A DNA stretch of 64,000 bases from contig JBDRGP010000024.1 of the NCBI GenBank assembly GCA_043817645.1, positions 412-64,411 of the forward strand, in the 5' to 3' direction. The DNA is from Candidatus Woesearchaeota archaeon. Lineage in GTDB: Archaea; Nanobdellota; Nanobdellia; SCGC-AAA011-G17; JACPIM01. A program made the translations under genes and the position numbers. The notes beneath the pieces were generated by a model. That model saw only the letters and a program-made list of their open reading frames with translations. It did no database searches and had not been told where the DNA came from. This document shows positions 24,626 to 34,572 of this stretch, piece by piece (the stretch's first letter is position 1; each line of letters starts with the position of its first letter).

Positions 24626-24697
24626 ATGATGCTATTTCTTTTAAATGATATAAAAGAATTTCCAAAAAAGAATCTGCATATCCTAATCCTAGTAAGC

Positions 24698-24705
24698 TTT
24701 ATAAA
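24698..24705 (+). promoter_or_regulatory. TATA box (gtaagcTTTATAAAgc) giving a leaderless rps2 transcript
   Basis: Centre lies ~27 nt upstream of ATG 24728. Confidence 0.45.
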
Positions 24706-24727
24706 GCGATTTTGATAAGAGATTTTT

Positions 24728-25330
24728 ATGGCTGAAGAGCAGAATTTATTAGTTGAGTTGGAAAAGTATCTAAAGGCAGGAGTCCATATTGGGACAAAAT
24801 TTAGAACTAAGTATATGGGTAAATTTATCTATAAAATACGGCCTGATGGTTTGTCTGTTTTAAATCTGCAGAGGATTGATGAAAGAATAAGAATAGCTAT
24901 TAATTTTTTGTCTAATTATAAGCCCGAGGATATTTTAGTTGTTGGAAGAAGAGAAAATAGTTGGAAGGCTCTTAAGGCTTTTTCAAAATCTACTGGAATA
25001 AGGGCTGTTACTGGGAGATATCCTCCTGGAATCTTAACAAATCCTGATTTAGAAAATTTTACTGAAGCTAAAGTTTTACTTGTTACTGATCCTTGGCCTG
25101 ATAAAAATGCTGTTAAGGATGCTGTTAAGGTTGGAATACCTGTAGTTGCTTTATGTGATACTAATAATGAGAGTAATTATATTGATTTAGTTATTCCTTG
25201 TAATAATAAAGGAAAAAAGAGTTTAGGATTGTTTTTTTATATTTCAGCTAAAGAGTATCTTTTGAAGAGCAAGATAATTAAAAAGGATTCTGAGTTTAAA
25301 TTTAAATTGGAAGATTTCGTTGAGGAATAA
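24728..25330 (+). CDS. rps2: 30S ribosomal protein S2
   Basis: LKAGVHIGTKFRTKYMGKFIYKIRPDGLSVLNLQ is the canonical archaeal S2 start. Confidence 0.85.
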   Translation: MAEEQNLLVELEKYLKAGVHIGTKFRTKYMGKFIYKIRPDGLSVLNLQRIDERIRIAINFLSNYKPEDILVVGRRENSWKALKAFSKSTGIRAVTGRYPPGILTNPDLENFTEAKVLLVTDPWPDKNAVKDAVKVGIPVVALCDTNNESNYIDLVIPCNNKGKKSLGLFFYISAKEYLLKSKIIKKDSEFKFKLEDFVEE

Positions 25331-25517
25331 TTTAAAACAAGGTATTTAGGGTTTAAAAAACAAAAAGTTTATATAGTCTAATTTACTACATTATTGTAGT
25401 CTTGGTGATAGTATGGTTTATTACACCCAAATAGAACCGACAGATCATTATCTCGAAGATCATTCAAGGAATGTTCCATGTTATTAATGCCAAAAAACTA
25501 TAAGGAGTGAAATAAAA

Positions 25518-25832
25518 ATGAGATGTCCAGAATGTGATTCAAATTTGAGGAAGGTGAAAGTCAAAGTACATGGAGCTGAGAGCAGAGTGATTAGTTATCA
25601 GTGTCCAAAATGCGATTATTTTGAATTCGAACCAATCTCTTCTGGAAAGGTGATTAAAGAGCTAAGAGAAACACCGTTGAAAATAAGGCAGAAAATAATA
25701 AAACTTTCTCAGGACAGGTTAGGTATGTATATTAATAAAGATGTGGCTAGAAGTCTAAACCTTAAGGGTGGAGAAGAGGTTTATGTATCTGTCCCTGATA
25801 AAAAACATCTTGTAGTTGATATCGCTAATTAA
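25518..25832 (+). CDS. Zn-ribbon + SpoVT/AbrB-like protein (orphan paralog of the DUF4258-associated antitoxins)
   Basis: CPECDS…CPKCD zinc ribbon and a C-terminal GMYINKDVARSLNLKGGEEV AbrB-like motif. Confidence 0.5.
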   Translation: MRCPECDSNLRKVKVKVHGAESRVISYQCPKCDYFEFEPISSGKVIKELRETPLKIRQKIIKLSQDRLGMYINKDVARSLNLKGGEEVYVSVPDKKHLVVDIAN

Positions 25833-25873
25833 ATTTGTAGAATTTTGAGTTCAGCAATTGAAACTGATGTTTG

Positions 25874-26137
25874 TTATTCCATATTCTCAAATAGTTTTTT
25901 AGTGTCGTGGATTGAGTCTCCTATGATCTCTGAGGCCTTTCCTAAAGGGATTTTCTTTTGTTTATGGAGGTGATGGGCTATTGATATTCTTAGGTGTTTA
26001 TTGTTGTTTAAAAGGCTTCTAATAGCGTCTCTTAGGAATTCTGATAGGGAATCATAGTGTCCTATATGTGTGACCGCGTCTAATTTTAGCTTTAGATCAT
26101 TTGGAACTGTGAAACTTAGGGTGTTTGATTTTGCCAT
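25874..26137 (-). CDS. ribbon-helix-helix (CopG-like) DNA-binding protein
   Basis: N-terminal LSFTVPNDLKLKLDAVTHIGHYDSLSEFLRDAIRSLL RHH pattern. Confidence 0.4.
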   Translation of the reverse strand: MAKSNTLSFTVPNDLKLKLDAVTHIGHYDSLSEFLRDAIRSLLNNNKHLRISIAHHLHKQKKIPLGKASEIIGDSIHDTKKLFENME

Positions 26138-26285
26138 TGTTGTGATAATGTTGGGGTAATACTATATAAGGTTTATTGTGTTTTAATTGTGTTTAAGATT
26201 AGTATTGTTTGATATTGTTATGGTAATACTGTGGTAATAGTGCTATTTTTGTGTGGAAGTTTGATTAAATTAGTTTATGGTAAGC

Positions 26286-26294
26286 TTTATATAG
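26286..26294 (+). promoter_or_regulatory. TATA box (taagCTTTATATAgt) for the 26333 gene
   Basis: ~40-70 nt upstream of the candidate starts. Confidence 0.35.
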
Positions 26295-26332
26295 TTTAAA
26301 GGAGTGAAAAAAAGAAAAAATACTATTGGCGA

Positions 26333-27466
26333 GTGATAATATTGACAGAATTAAATTTGGTTATAATGGCTCAGAGGTATATTGCGGCTATACTCTTCTT
26401 AGTTGTAGCTATCTTCTGGAGTAAGTTAAAGAGAGCTGGTGTTGGAAGCTTATTTAAGAATGTACTTGTGGTTAATTTGATCTTGTTTTTGGGTTTTCCG
26501 TTTATTATTTCCGTGTTTCCTGGAATTCCAGAGAAGATTAGTTTGTTAATAGAAGTAATGGGAGTATTTATTTTTTCATTATTGCTTTTTTTAGTAGCTT
26601 TTAGGGATTTTAGATTTGAAGACACAACGAGGAAAAAACAACTATCTGAATTAATGGAGAAACCAAAACATCCAATTGTACTTGAATTTGCAAGGAAAAT
26701 TGTGGAGCCAGAGATAAATCTTGTGAAGATGGAGCGGAGAAAACTAAGCAGATTTGAGAAGGGTGTTCATGAAACTGTAAGAAAAAAAGAAGATGAGATT
26801 GAGAAAAAGATAAGGGAGCATAATAAGAGAGAAGATGAGGTAAGAAAAAAAGAAGAGGAGATTAGTAAAGAGATTAGGGAATTGAAAGAGCAGAAGAGAC
26901 TTCTTGCAAAGGAAAAGAAACAACTTCATAAATTAAAGGATGATTTAGAAGATAAGGAAGAGGAGATTTCTGTTGAAAAAGCTAGGATCAAGAAATACAA
27001 AGATAAAGATAAAAAGAAAATGAAGGAATTGAGAGAAGAGAAATTACGACTTCAGAAAGAATTGGAAAAAATAGAAAATGAGAGATTTAGTATAGCTAAG
27101 AAGAAAAAGAAGTTAGAAAAAATTGAAAACAAAGAGCAAGAGATTGAGGAGAAGATGAGCGGATTAAAAGGTAAGGAGAAGGAGTATAAGGATAGATTAA
27201 ATGTGCTAGTGGATAGAGAGGAAAGTTTGCATGATGAGAAAGATGAGTTTGCTATTCGGAGAAGAAAGTTTGAGATAGAAAAAGAAAAATTAGAGAATAA
27301 TCTTGAGAAGTATAAAAGAAAAAGAGAAGATTTACTGATGCAAGAGGAAGCTCAACAAGAAGAAAAAGAAAGATTAGAGAAATGGGCAAAGACTTTAGCT
27401 AAGAAAGAAAATGAATTAGAAAAGGAAACTGGTGAGTTATTAAAGAAGAAGAGGGAGGATATGTAA
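26333..27466 (+). CDS. membrane-anchored long coiled-coil protein (K/E-rich)
   Basis: Three N-terminal TM helices followed by ~250 aa of heptad-like KEEL/EKK repeats. True start may be MAQRY at ~26366. Confidence 0.45.
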   Translation: MIILTELNLVIMAQRYIAAILFLVVAIFWSKLKRAGVGSLFKNVLVVNLILFLGFPFIISVFPGIPEKISLLIEVMGVFIFSLLLFLVAFRDFRFEDTTRKKQLSELMEKPKHPIVLEFARKIVEPEINLVKMERRKLSRFEKGVHETVRKKEDEIEKKIREHNKREDEVRKKEEEISKEIRELKEQKRLLAKEKKQLHKLKDDLEDKEEEISVEKARIKKYKDKDKKKMKELREEKLRLQKELEKIENERFSIAKKKKKLEKIENKEQEIEEKMSGLKGKEKEYKDRLNVLVDREESLHDEKDEFAIRRRKFEIEKEKLENNLEKYKRKREDLLMQEEAQQEEKERLEKWAKTLAKKENELEKETGELLKKKREDM

Positions 27467-27467
27467 G

Positions 27468-27770
27468 ATGGTTCTTGATGTTATGATTGCGATTTTTGCT
27501 TTTTTGAGCTTTGTATTGTTGATTTATTCCGTTATAATCTTGATTAGAAGAAGAGAGTATGAGTCTAATCGAGTTTTAAAGGGATATAATGTTCTTATTT
27601 TTGGATTGTTTTTGCTTTCACTTGTAGTTTTGGTTAAGGGAGTGGGTTATGTTTATTTGATTTTTGTGGAAGAGGGATTAATCTATTTTGATGTTATATC
27701 GACGTTGATACTATTGCCTCTTGTTGCTGCTTCTTTTTTAGTAGGTATGTCTATTTTTAGATCTCTTTGA
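27468..27770 (+). CDS. small membrane protein
   Basis: Three hydrophobic helices. Start overlaps the upstream stop (ATGTAAGATGG). Confidence 0.35.
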   Translation: MVLDVMIAIFAFLSFVLLIYSVIILIRRREYESNRVLKGYNVLIFGLFLLSLVVLVKGVGYVYLIFVEEGLIYFDVISTLILLPLVAASFLVGMSIFRSL

Positions 27771-27964
27771 TTTCTTTTTTTTACCAGCTCTATTGTAGCC
27801 TTTCATAAATCCTTCTTCTTGTGGTGAGATTTCGTCGTCATGCTCTAGTTCTTCTACTGCTTCATCGTCATATATATCATTGGTTTCATTATACACTTCT
27901 TCATAAGGATCTGACATAGTTTTTTTGGGCTATTTTTTTGTTTAAAAATATTTCCTTTAGCAAA

Positions 27965-27973
27965 GTATATAAA
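27965..27973 (+). promoter_or_regulatory. TATA box (aaaGTATATAAAtg) giving a leaderless corA transcript
   Basis: Centre lies ~27 nt upstream of ATG 27997. Confidence 0.4.
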
Positions 27974-27996
27974 TGAAATCTAGCCTTTTTTAGGTT

Positions 27997-28938
27997 ATGA
28001 TTAGGGTAATGAGCTACTCTAATGGGAAATCAAAAGAGGTTGATATTTCCAGTTTTAAGCTGACTAAGGATTTACATTGGATACACGGTTATAATGCTAC
28101 TTTGAAGGATTTGCATACATTGCAGGATAAAACAAAGATTCCTCTTTATGACTTAAAACATGTATTGGATATGCATGAGAGGTCTAGAATTGAGAATAAA
28201 AGCAAGTATTCTCTTTTAATTTTCAGAGGGCTTGTAACAGATGCTGGAAATAAGAGAGTTACTTCTCCTATTGAATTTATTTTTAGCAAGAATTTTGTGA
28301 TTACGTTAACTTTAGAGGATAATAAAAATATCTCCAAGGTTTTTGAAGAGGCTGATTTAAATTACTGGAAGGCGGTTTCTAAAGCTGATTTTGGTCCTTT
28401 GGTGTATAATATCTTTAAAGCTTTATTGAGGGATTATAGTGATTATTTGGAAGAGGTTGATGAGGATGTAAATACTTTGGAAGATGTTGCTTATCGTGCT
28501 AGAGATAAAGATATGCAGGAATTGCACATATTAAAAAGAGAGATTATGTTCCTTAGAAAATCATTAAGTAATAATAAGGATGTGTTTCTTTCTTTAAATG
28601 AAGGAAAAGTTTCTTTTTTGAAGCAGAATGATATGTTTCATGAATTGATTGTGGAGATGGATCAATTAGTTGGCACTGGGGAAATGATAAGAGATAGAAT
28701 TACAGGTGTGACTGATATTTATTTTACTGCTGTTTCTAATAAATTAAATGAGGTTATGAAGAGTTTTGCTGTTATAGCTAGTTTGTTGTTAATACCTATG
28801 CTGGTTAGTGGTATTTACGGGATGAATATTGTATTGCCTTTCCAACAGCATCCCCGTGCTTTTGTTATTGTGATTGGTATTATGGTGGCTTCTGTAGCAG
28901 CTATGATTGCTTTTTTTAAGAATAAGGGCTGGGTATAG
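27997..28938 (+). CDS. corA: CorA-family Mg2+/Co2+ transporter
   Basis: C-terminal two TM helices with the GIYGMN signature (SGIYGMNIVLPF). Confidence 0.8.
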   Translation: MIRVMSYSNGKSKEVDISSFKLTKDLHWIHGYNATLKDLHTLQDKTKIPLYDLKHVLDMHERSRIENKSKYSLLIFRGLVTDAGNKRVTSPIEFIFSKNFVITLTLEDNKNISKVFEEADLNYWKAVSKADFGPLVYNIFKALLRDYSDYLEEVDEDVNTLEDVAYRARDKDMQELHILKREIMFLRKSLSNNKDVFLSLNEGKVSFLKQNDMFHELIVEMDQLVGTGEMIRDRITGVTDIYFTAVSNKLNEVMKSFAVIASLLLIPMLVSGIYGMNIVLPFQQHPRAFVIVIGIMVASVAAMIAFFKNKGWV

Positions 28939-28987
28939 ATTTTTTTGTTGGGATAATCTTTTAAATAATAGCTGATTTATTTAAGGT

Positions 28988-29833
28988 ATGAATAGAAAAA
29001 CAGGAGATTTTGAAGAGGGTTTTGACAAGGCAAATAAGCTTATTGATATTGGGTTTGATTCTGAGTTTGGTCCTGGTGATCTGCCTATTGAGACTAGAGG
29101 AAGAAAATTAAATGGGGTGATTGCTCCTAGCTGTTTGGATGAGTTTTCTAGTGCTGCTTTGGCTTGGGCTTATAAAGAGGTTGCTGAGTCTGTCATAGCT
29201 GATGTTTATATTGTTCTTGGTAGGGATGATAATAAAAGAAATAAATTTAGTACTTTTCTTTTTTCTGATTGGGACACTTCTTTTGGGACTGTTAAAGTGG
29301 ATGTTGAGTTCGGTAGGAAATTAATTAAGGGTTTTCCTAAATTGAGAAATTCTTTTGAGGCCTTTCAAGGAAATAACTTTGTAGATATACAGCTGCCTTT
29401 TTTACAATATGCTAATAAAACGGTTTTAGGGAAAATAAAGTTTGTTCCTATTTTAGTTGGAGATGTCTCTTATGAGGAGATTTGCGGGTTTGCAGATGCT
29501 GTGAGTGATACCGGTAAGAATGTTTGTGTTATAGCAAGTTCTAATTTAACTTATTATGGAAAAGAATATGAAAATGTTCCTTTTTTGCACGGAATAAAGG
29601 AAAATATTTATGCGAGAGATAAAGGCCTTTTGGGTTTTGTTAATAATCTTGATGTTAAGGGGTTTTTAGAAAGTTCTAAAAAAGGTGGAGTATTTGATAG
29701 AAATGTTATTGGGGTTTTTATGGAGATTATGAGAGGATTGGGTTGTAAGAAAGGCAGAGTATTAAATTATTATACTTCTGGAGATCTTGAAGGATATGGG
29801 AAAGCTATTGGTTTTGGGGTCGTTGCGTTTTAA
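28988..29833 (+). CDS. Memo-like (AmmeMemoRadiSam system protein B family) protein with degenerate metal-binding residues
   Basis: Matches the Memo layout (…VYIVLGRDD…DWDTSFGTVKVDVEFG…VDIQLPFLQ…KFVPILVGD…VCVIASSNLTYYG). The HAGY, SHH and EHS ligands are replaced by PSCL, RDD and NNF. Confidence 0.45.
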   Translation: MNRKTGDFEEGFDKANKLIDIGFDSEFGPGDLPIETRGRKLNGVIAPSCLDEFSSAALAWAYKEVAESVIADVYIVLGRDDNKRNKFSTFLFSDWDTSFGTVKVDVEFGRKLIKGFPKLRNSFEAFQGNNFVDIQLPFLQYANKTVLGKIKFVPILVGDVSYEEICGFADAVSDTGKNVCVIASSNLTYYGKEYENVPFLHGIKENIYARDKGLLGFVNNLDVKGFLESSKKGGVFDRNVIGVFMEIMRGLGCKKGRVLNYYTSGDLEGYGKAIGFGVVAF

Positions 29834-29834
29834 A

Positions 29835-30134
29835 ATGGTGAATATTAAAGAAAAAATTATTAAAAAATTTAAAATTAAAGATATTGAGGTATGTGATACG
29901 TTTTGGAAAAGACTTAGAGGTATGATGTTTTCCAGGGCTAGAAATCTGGTTATTGTTTTGGATGGAGAAAGTAGACTAAATTCTATGATACACATGTTTT
30001 TTGTTTTTTATCCTATTGATGTTTACTGGTTGGATAAGGATTTCAATGTTGTGGATAAAAGAATTAACTTAAAACCTTTTAGAATGGCTATTCCAAAAGA
30101 GAAAGCCAAGTATGTTGTTGAATTAAAGAGATAG
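29835..30134 (+). CDS. DUF192 family protein
   Basis: CDTFWKRLRGMMF…YPIDVYWLDKDFNVVD…MAIPKEKAKYVVE is typical DUF192 (COG1430). Confidence 0.55.
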   Translation: MVNIKEKIIKKFKIKDIEVCDTFWKRLRGMMFSRARNLVIVLDGESRLNSMIHMFFVFYPIDVYWLDKDFNVVDKRINLKPFRMAIPKEKAKYVVELKR

Positions 30135-30157
30135 TTTTTATTAATGAAACCGTAAAG

Positions 30158-30165
30158 TTTATATA
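30158..30165 (+). promoter_or_regulatory. BRE/TATA promoter (cgtAAAGTTTATATActa) of the wHTH/RelE-like operon
   Basis: Consensus match ~36 nt upstream of the 30201 start. Confidence 0.45.
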
Positions 30166-30200
30166 CTAATCAATATTCAATAAGTATAAGTTAATAACTA

Positions 30201-30473
30201 ATGGTGATGAAAATGCAAGAATTGGAACACTCTCCAACACTCAACACAGTAATCATGGTAGAAGAAACTCTAAAATGTATGGATGAAAGTGTTATTAGTG
30301 TTGCTGAACTCAAACGGAGGCTTCCAAGACAGGTTAATCATAACACTCTTAAAATTATTCTCGAATACCTTGAACTCAGTAATAAGATTGTTGTTACAAT
30401 AAGGGGTATTACATGGATACACAACCCTAATCCCAATCTACAAAAAGCACTTGCAAGAGGACTTGAATTATGA
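30201..30473 (+). CDS. small winged-helix protein, candidate antitoxin partner of the downstream RelE-like gene
   Basis: Paralog of 22501..22770 (LKIILEYLELSNKI…GITWIHN). Overlaps the downstream gene by 4 nt. Confidence 0.45.
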   Translation: MVMKMQELEHSPTLNTVIMVEETLKCMDESVISVAELKRRLPRQVNHNTLKIILEYLELSNKIVVTIRGITWIHNPNPNLQKALARGLEL

Positions 30474-30823
30474 AAATAATACGGATAAAGTTGTCTCCAG
30501 AGGCAGAAGAAGTGTATGAGTATCTTAACAAAGAAGCTCCGAATTCAAAAACTGAGCGCATGATTCTCAAGGCAATAAACCAGAAAGTTGAGTTGATTAA
30601 ATTAAATCCTCATTATGGCGACTCTGTTGGCAAAAAATTATTTCCAGAAGAATACAAAAAGAAATATGGAATTACAAATCTTTTTCGTGTTGAGCTTCCT
30701 GCGTTCTGGAGAATGTTATATACATTAACAGGTGAAGAGAGTGAGGTAGAAATAATTGCGTTCGTTCTTGACGTCATCGATCACAAAGAGTATGACAAAA
30801 AATTTAGGTATAAAGAAAAATAA
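30470..30823 (+). CDS. RelE/ParE-superfamily toxin-like protein
   Basis: 117 aa with NLFRVELPAFWRMLYTL…EVEIIAFVLDVIDHKEYDKKF (RelE-like beta-sheet core + C-terminal basic/aromatic region). Confidence 0.45.
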   Translation: MKIIRIKLSPEAEEVYEYLNKEAPNSKTERMILKAINQKVELIKLNPHYGDSVGKKLFPEEYKKKYGITNLFRVELPAFWRMLYTLTGEESEVEIIAFVLDVIDHKEYDKKFRYKEK

Positions 30824-30894
30824 TGGATACCAAGCGTATTGCCCGCCTTGCAGAATAGTGTTGATAAGTTCGAATTTGAACAAATATGGCAGGG

Positions 30895-31239
30895 TTAATG
30901 TTTAAGATTCTTAATGGCAACTACTGCAATAAGAACTAGAAGTATCCATTGTAAATAAACAAATAGTTCTTTTAGCACTTCAAAAGCTGGTTGTAGGACA
31001 GAAATGTAATTTAGTATTGCGTTGTTTGCTTCTAAGAGGAATGTGACTATTGATGAGCCTACAAGCACTAGGATAAATATGTCAATAAGAGATGTGAATG
31101 AATTAACCGAGCTTTTGTTTTTTATGAAGCTTAAAAGAAAGTCATTTAGTAAAGGCACTATCTTTGTTATGGCGATATGGGCTGCTACTAATAGAAAAAT
31201 TATCTTTAATATGATTGAAATCCAGATTTCTGCACCCAT
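30895..31239 (-). CDS. small membrane protein
   Basis: Three hydrophobic helices. Confidence 0.3.
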   Translation of the reverse strand: MGAEIWISIILKIIFLLVAAHIAITKIVPLLNDFLLSFIKNKSSVNSFTSLIDIFILVLVGSSIVTFLLEANNAILNYISVLQPAFEVLKELFVYLQWILLVLIAVVAIKNLKH

Positions 31240-31334
31240 TTTTTACCTCTTTTTTATTATAATAGAGCTAATGCCCCTATTTAAATCTTTTTGGGTCAGG
31301 AAAGTTTTAAAAATACGTAAACATATACTTTTTT

Positions 31335-32450
31335 ATGCTTAAATTGCTTGGAAGAGGAAAAAAGAGTGTGAGATCCGCGAGTTTATTTTCTCCGTATAGG
31401 AATATCTTTGGGAATATTAAGAGTGAGAGAGAGGTTAGAAGAGAAATTAAGAAGCAAGTATCTCCTTCTGTTTTTAGTTTTGGAAATAAGGTGGAGGGAT
31501 CAATAAAATTGGAAGGTGTGGAAAAAAGGTTTGGAAAGAAGGTTGTTTTGAAGAATCTTAGTTTTGAGATTCCCAAAGGCAAGATTTTTGGGATTATTGG
31601 TGTTAGTGGAAGTGGTAAGACTACTTTATTGAGACTCGTTGTTGGATATTATAAACCTACAAAAGGGCTGGTTACTTTTAATCAAAAAGATCTGCAGAAA
31701 CAAATTCTTCAGGCAGCTAGGCATTTTGGATTTGCGTCACAAGAAAATTCTTTTTATGAGGATCTTACTACTGAAGAAAATGTAAGATTTTTTGGGAAGC
31801 TTTATGGTTTGAAGAAAGAGATTCTTAATTCAAGAGTGGAAGAGGTTCTTAAGGTTGTGGGACTTTATGAGGATGGAAGAGTTTTGGCAAAGAATTTGTC
31901 TGGTGGGATGAAAAGGAGATTGGATCTTGCGTGTGCTCTTGTTAATGATCCAAGCGTATTGATCTTGGATGAGCCTACTGAAGATCTAGATCCTATTTTG
32001 AGAAGAGACTTGCTTGAGCTTATAAAAAGAATAAATGGGATGGGAACTACAGTAATATTTACTACACACTTACTGAACGAAGCAGAGTATCTATGTCATG
32101 AGGTCGCTATTTTATCTAAGCAGGGTATTTTGACTATTGGGACTCCTGATGATCTGCGGAGGATGTATAAAAAAGGTGAGGAAATTCATCTTGTTTTAGA
32201 AGATACTAGTAACTACAAGAGGTATTTGAGAAAGTTAGAGGGATTTAAGACTGTTGTTGTTAATGGGAAATTGGTTGTTTATGTTCCTGTTAGAGAGCAG
32301 GCTCCTAAGTTACTGAGAAGGATTTTGTCTATGGCTGAAAAAAATAGAGATAAGATTGTATATACTGACATAAGAAAGCCATCTTTAGGAGAGATTTTTA
32401 CACAGATGATCCAGGATGTTAAAGAAAAAAATGGTAAAAAAAGAGGGTAA
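31335..32450 (+). CDS. ABC transporter ATP-binding protein
   Basis: Walker A GVSGSGKTTLL, Q-loop, signature LSGGMKRRLDLA, Walker B LILDEPTEDLD and H-loop TTHLL. Has a ~60-aa N-terminal extension. Confidence 0.8.
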   Translation: MLKLLGRGKKSVRSASLFSPYRNIFGNIKSEREVRREIKKQVSPSVFSFGNKVEGSIKLEGVEKRFGKKVVLKNLSFEIPKGKIFGIIGVSGSGKTTLLRLVVGYYKPTKGLVTFNQKDLQKQILQAARHFGFASQENSFYEDLTTEENVRFFGKLYGLKKEILNSRVEEVLKVVGLYEDGRVLAKNLSGGMKRRLDLACALVNDPSVLILDEPTEDLDPILRRDLLELIKRINGMGTTVIFTTHLLNEAEYLCHEVAILSKQGILTIGTPDDLRRMYKKGEEIHLVLEDTSNYKRYLRKLEGFKTVVVNGKLVVYVPVREQAPKLLRRILSMAEKNRDKIVYTDIRKPSLGEIFTQMIQDVKEKNGKKRG

Positions 32451-34011
32451 AAAAGTTCATAGGCCTTTGAGATTAGGGTTTTTTGAGCTATTGGTAACTA
32501 TTATTAGGAAGAATATTAAACTGATTATTCGGAGCAGGAGTTCTTCTTTGATAGTTTTACTCGGGCCTTTGTTGATCATTGCTCTTGTTGGTACAGCCTA
32601 TAATACTTCAAATATTTATGATATTAGGGTTGGTGCTTATTCAGAATCTTATAGTGAGTTAGCAGAATCTATTTTGGATGAGCTGGGAAGTAAACAATTC
32701 ACTGTGGTTAGGCTTGAAAGTGTGGAAGAATGTACTTCTAGTTTGAAATCTGCTGAGATCCATGTTTGCGCCATTATCCCTCCGAATTTAGAGACTGGTT
32801 CTAGCGAGTCTATGGAATTTTTGGTTGATCAGTCCAGGGTAAATTTAGTGTGGATTATTATTGATGCGGTTTCATCAAAGGTAAGCTCTAAGACAACTGA
32901 ATTAAGTTTACAGATGACTAATTCAATTTTGAATGCTTTGACTAATAGTCTGGAAAAAATAAAATTAAATGAAGAGAAAATTGGTGAGGCTGAAAGTGCT
33001 AATACTGATGTTGAGGGGAGTGTTCAAGAGGCTACTTCTGCGTTGTCTGAGATTAATTTTGATTTGGTTGGAGAGGTGGATTTAGGTAAAATAAGTCAAA
33101 AACTTGATGATATTATAGAGGCAAATAATTTGAGTTCTAGCACTTTTGATCCTGTAAAAACTGTTATATCTAAGATAAAAAATAATACTGAGAGTGTCGG
33201 GGAGAGTTTAGAAGAGTCTGTTATGGGTTCACTTGAGAAACTTGGTGAAGCTAGCTCTAATTTGGAGACAAGTTCTGCGTCTATTTCAGATGTTGCGTCT
33301 ACTATAGAAGACATTAAGGGAGAGATTGAATTGGCTACTGGTAGAAGTGCTGAGTCTATTGTTACACCTATAAAGACTAAAATAACTCCTGTTGTGGCTG
33401 AGAAAACTCATTTGAGCTTTTTGTTTCCTACTTTAATTGTTTTAGTTGTGATGCTAATGGCTTTGATTCTGAGTAGTAGTCTTGTTGTGAAGGAAAAAAG
33501 GAGTCCTGCCTTATTTAGGAATTATATATCTCCTGTTAGGGATACCATCTTCCTTTTAGGTCACTTTTTGACTAGTTTTATTATTTTGATTTTGCAGCTG
33601 GTTGTTGTGTTTGGGGTTGCTGTGATATTCTTTAAAGGGGCCTTGATTAGTGTTTTATGGAAAGTTGTTATTGTTTTATTGCCTATTGTGGCTGTGTTTA
33701 TTTTGATTGGTATGTTCTTAGGTTATGTATTTAGGACTCCGGAGACTTCTATGTTGGCAACGATAAGTGTTGCTAGTCTGTTTTTGTTTTTTTCTAGTAC
33801 AATATTGCCTTTGGAGACTTTACCTCAAAGTTTGAAAAAAATAGCAGATTTTAATCCTTTTGTTTTAAGTGAGAGCATGTTGAAGAAGATTATGTTGTTT
33901 AAAGTTGAGCTCGGAAGTGTTTCTGAGCCGATACTTGCGCTTTTGACGTATTGTTTATTGTTCGCTGTTCTTGTTTATTTTGTTCAGAAGTATAGTAAAT
34001 TGCGGGCTTAG
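32416..34011 (+). CDS. ABC-2 type permease with large extracytoplasmic loop (YhgE/Pip-like)
   Basis: N-terminal TM, ~300-aa Ser/Glu-rich loop, and C-terminal 5-TM ABC-2 domain. Overlaps the ATPase gene. Confidence 0.6.
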   Translation: MLKKKMVKKEGKKVHRPLRLGFFELLVTIIRKNIKLIIRSRSSSLIVLLGPLLIIALVGTAYNTSNIYDIRVGAYSESYSELAESILDELGSKQFTVVRLESVEECTSSLKSAEIHVCAIIPPNLETGSSESMEFLVDQSRVNLVWIIIDAVSSKVSSKTTELSLQMTNSILNALTNSLEKIKLNEEKIGEAESANTDVEGSVQEATSALSEINFDLVGEVDLGKISQKLDDIIEANNLSSSTFDPVKTVISKIKNNTESVGESLEESVMGSLEKLGEASSNLETSSASISDVASTIEDIKGEIELATGRSAESIVTPIKTKITPVVAEKTHLSFLFPTLIVLVVMLMALILSSSLVVKEKRSPALFRNYISPVRDTIFLLGHFLTSFIILILQLVVVFGVAVIFFKGALISVLWKVVIVLLPIVAVFILIGMFLGYVFRTPETSMLATISVASLFLFFSSTILPLETLPQSLKKIADFNPFVLSESMLKKIMLFKVELGSVSEPILALLTYCLLFAVLVYFVQKYSKLRA

Positions 34012-34012
34012 T

Positions 34013-34336
34013 TTAAACTTCAATTAGGATTTCTTTGTTGCTTTTTGGGATTAATTTAACTATCTCTTCTTTTTTTAAATCTACGAACTTTGCTATCTCT
34101 TTTGGTATTCTAATTGCCAAGCTATTTCCAACCATTGCTACTTTTGTTTTTTTAGCCATCCCAAATAAACCTAACTCTTTAGATTTTTTTTGAATTCTTT
34201 CTGCAGAAATTTCGTCATAAAAAACTTCATTACATTTGGTACACACTAAAGCAGGAAATTTGCCTAAAGAGACCCCTAATTCTTTATGTTCAACTTCCTT
34301 TTTTTTCAATTCTCCATTACATGTGATACATTTCAT
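34013..34336 (-). CDS. Zn-ribbon + SpoVT/AbrB-like antitoxin-like protein
   Basis: CITCNG…CTKCNE zinc ribbon with a C-terminal GNSLAIRIPKEIAKFVDLK AbrB motif. ATG at 34336 lies 1 nt after the toxin stop (TAAAATG). The ORF track extends it to 34372. Confidence 0.6.
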   Translation of the reverse strand: MKCITCNGELKKKEVEHKELGVSLGKFPALVCTKCNEVFYDEISAERIQKKSKELGLFGMAKKTKVAMVGNSLAIRIPKEIAKFVDLKKEEIVKLIPKSNKEILIEV

Positions 34337-34337
34337 T

Positions 34338-34541
34338 TTAATCCTCCAGATAAACTGTGATGATAAATACACTTGAATCTTTTTTCGAAAATACTACTTC
34401 TATGCCAAAAGCTCTTGCGTGCCATTTTTCTGTATTTTTTTCTTTCCATTTCATACCCTTTGTGATAACGGATTTTACTTCGTCTTTTTCTATCCCTAGT
34501 CCATCCATCTTTTCCAGGGCATGTTTTTTAAATATAAACAC
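34338..34541 (-). CDS. DUF4258-family toxin-like protein
   Basis: GTG start 6 nt after AGGTGA. FKKHALEKMDGLGIEKDEVKSVITKG…VFIITVYLED matches DUF4258 (…KHA.ERM.ERGIS..EV…vITVY). Confidence 0.55.
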   Translation of the reverse strand: MFIFKKHALEKMDGLGIEKDEVKSVITKGMKWKEKNTEKWHARAFGIEVVFSKKDSSVFIITVYLED

Positions 34542-34572
34542 TAGTATTCACCTGTAATTATTGGTATATCTA

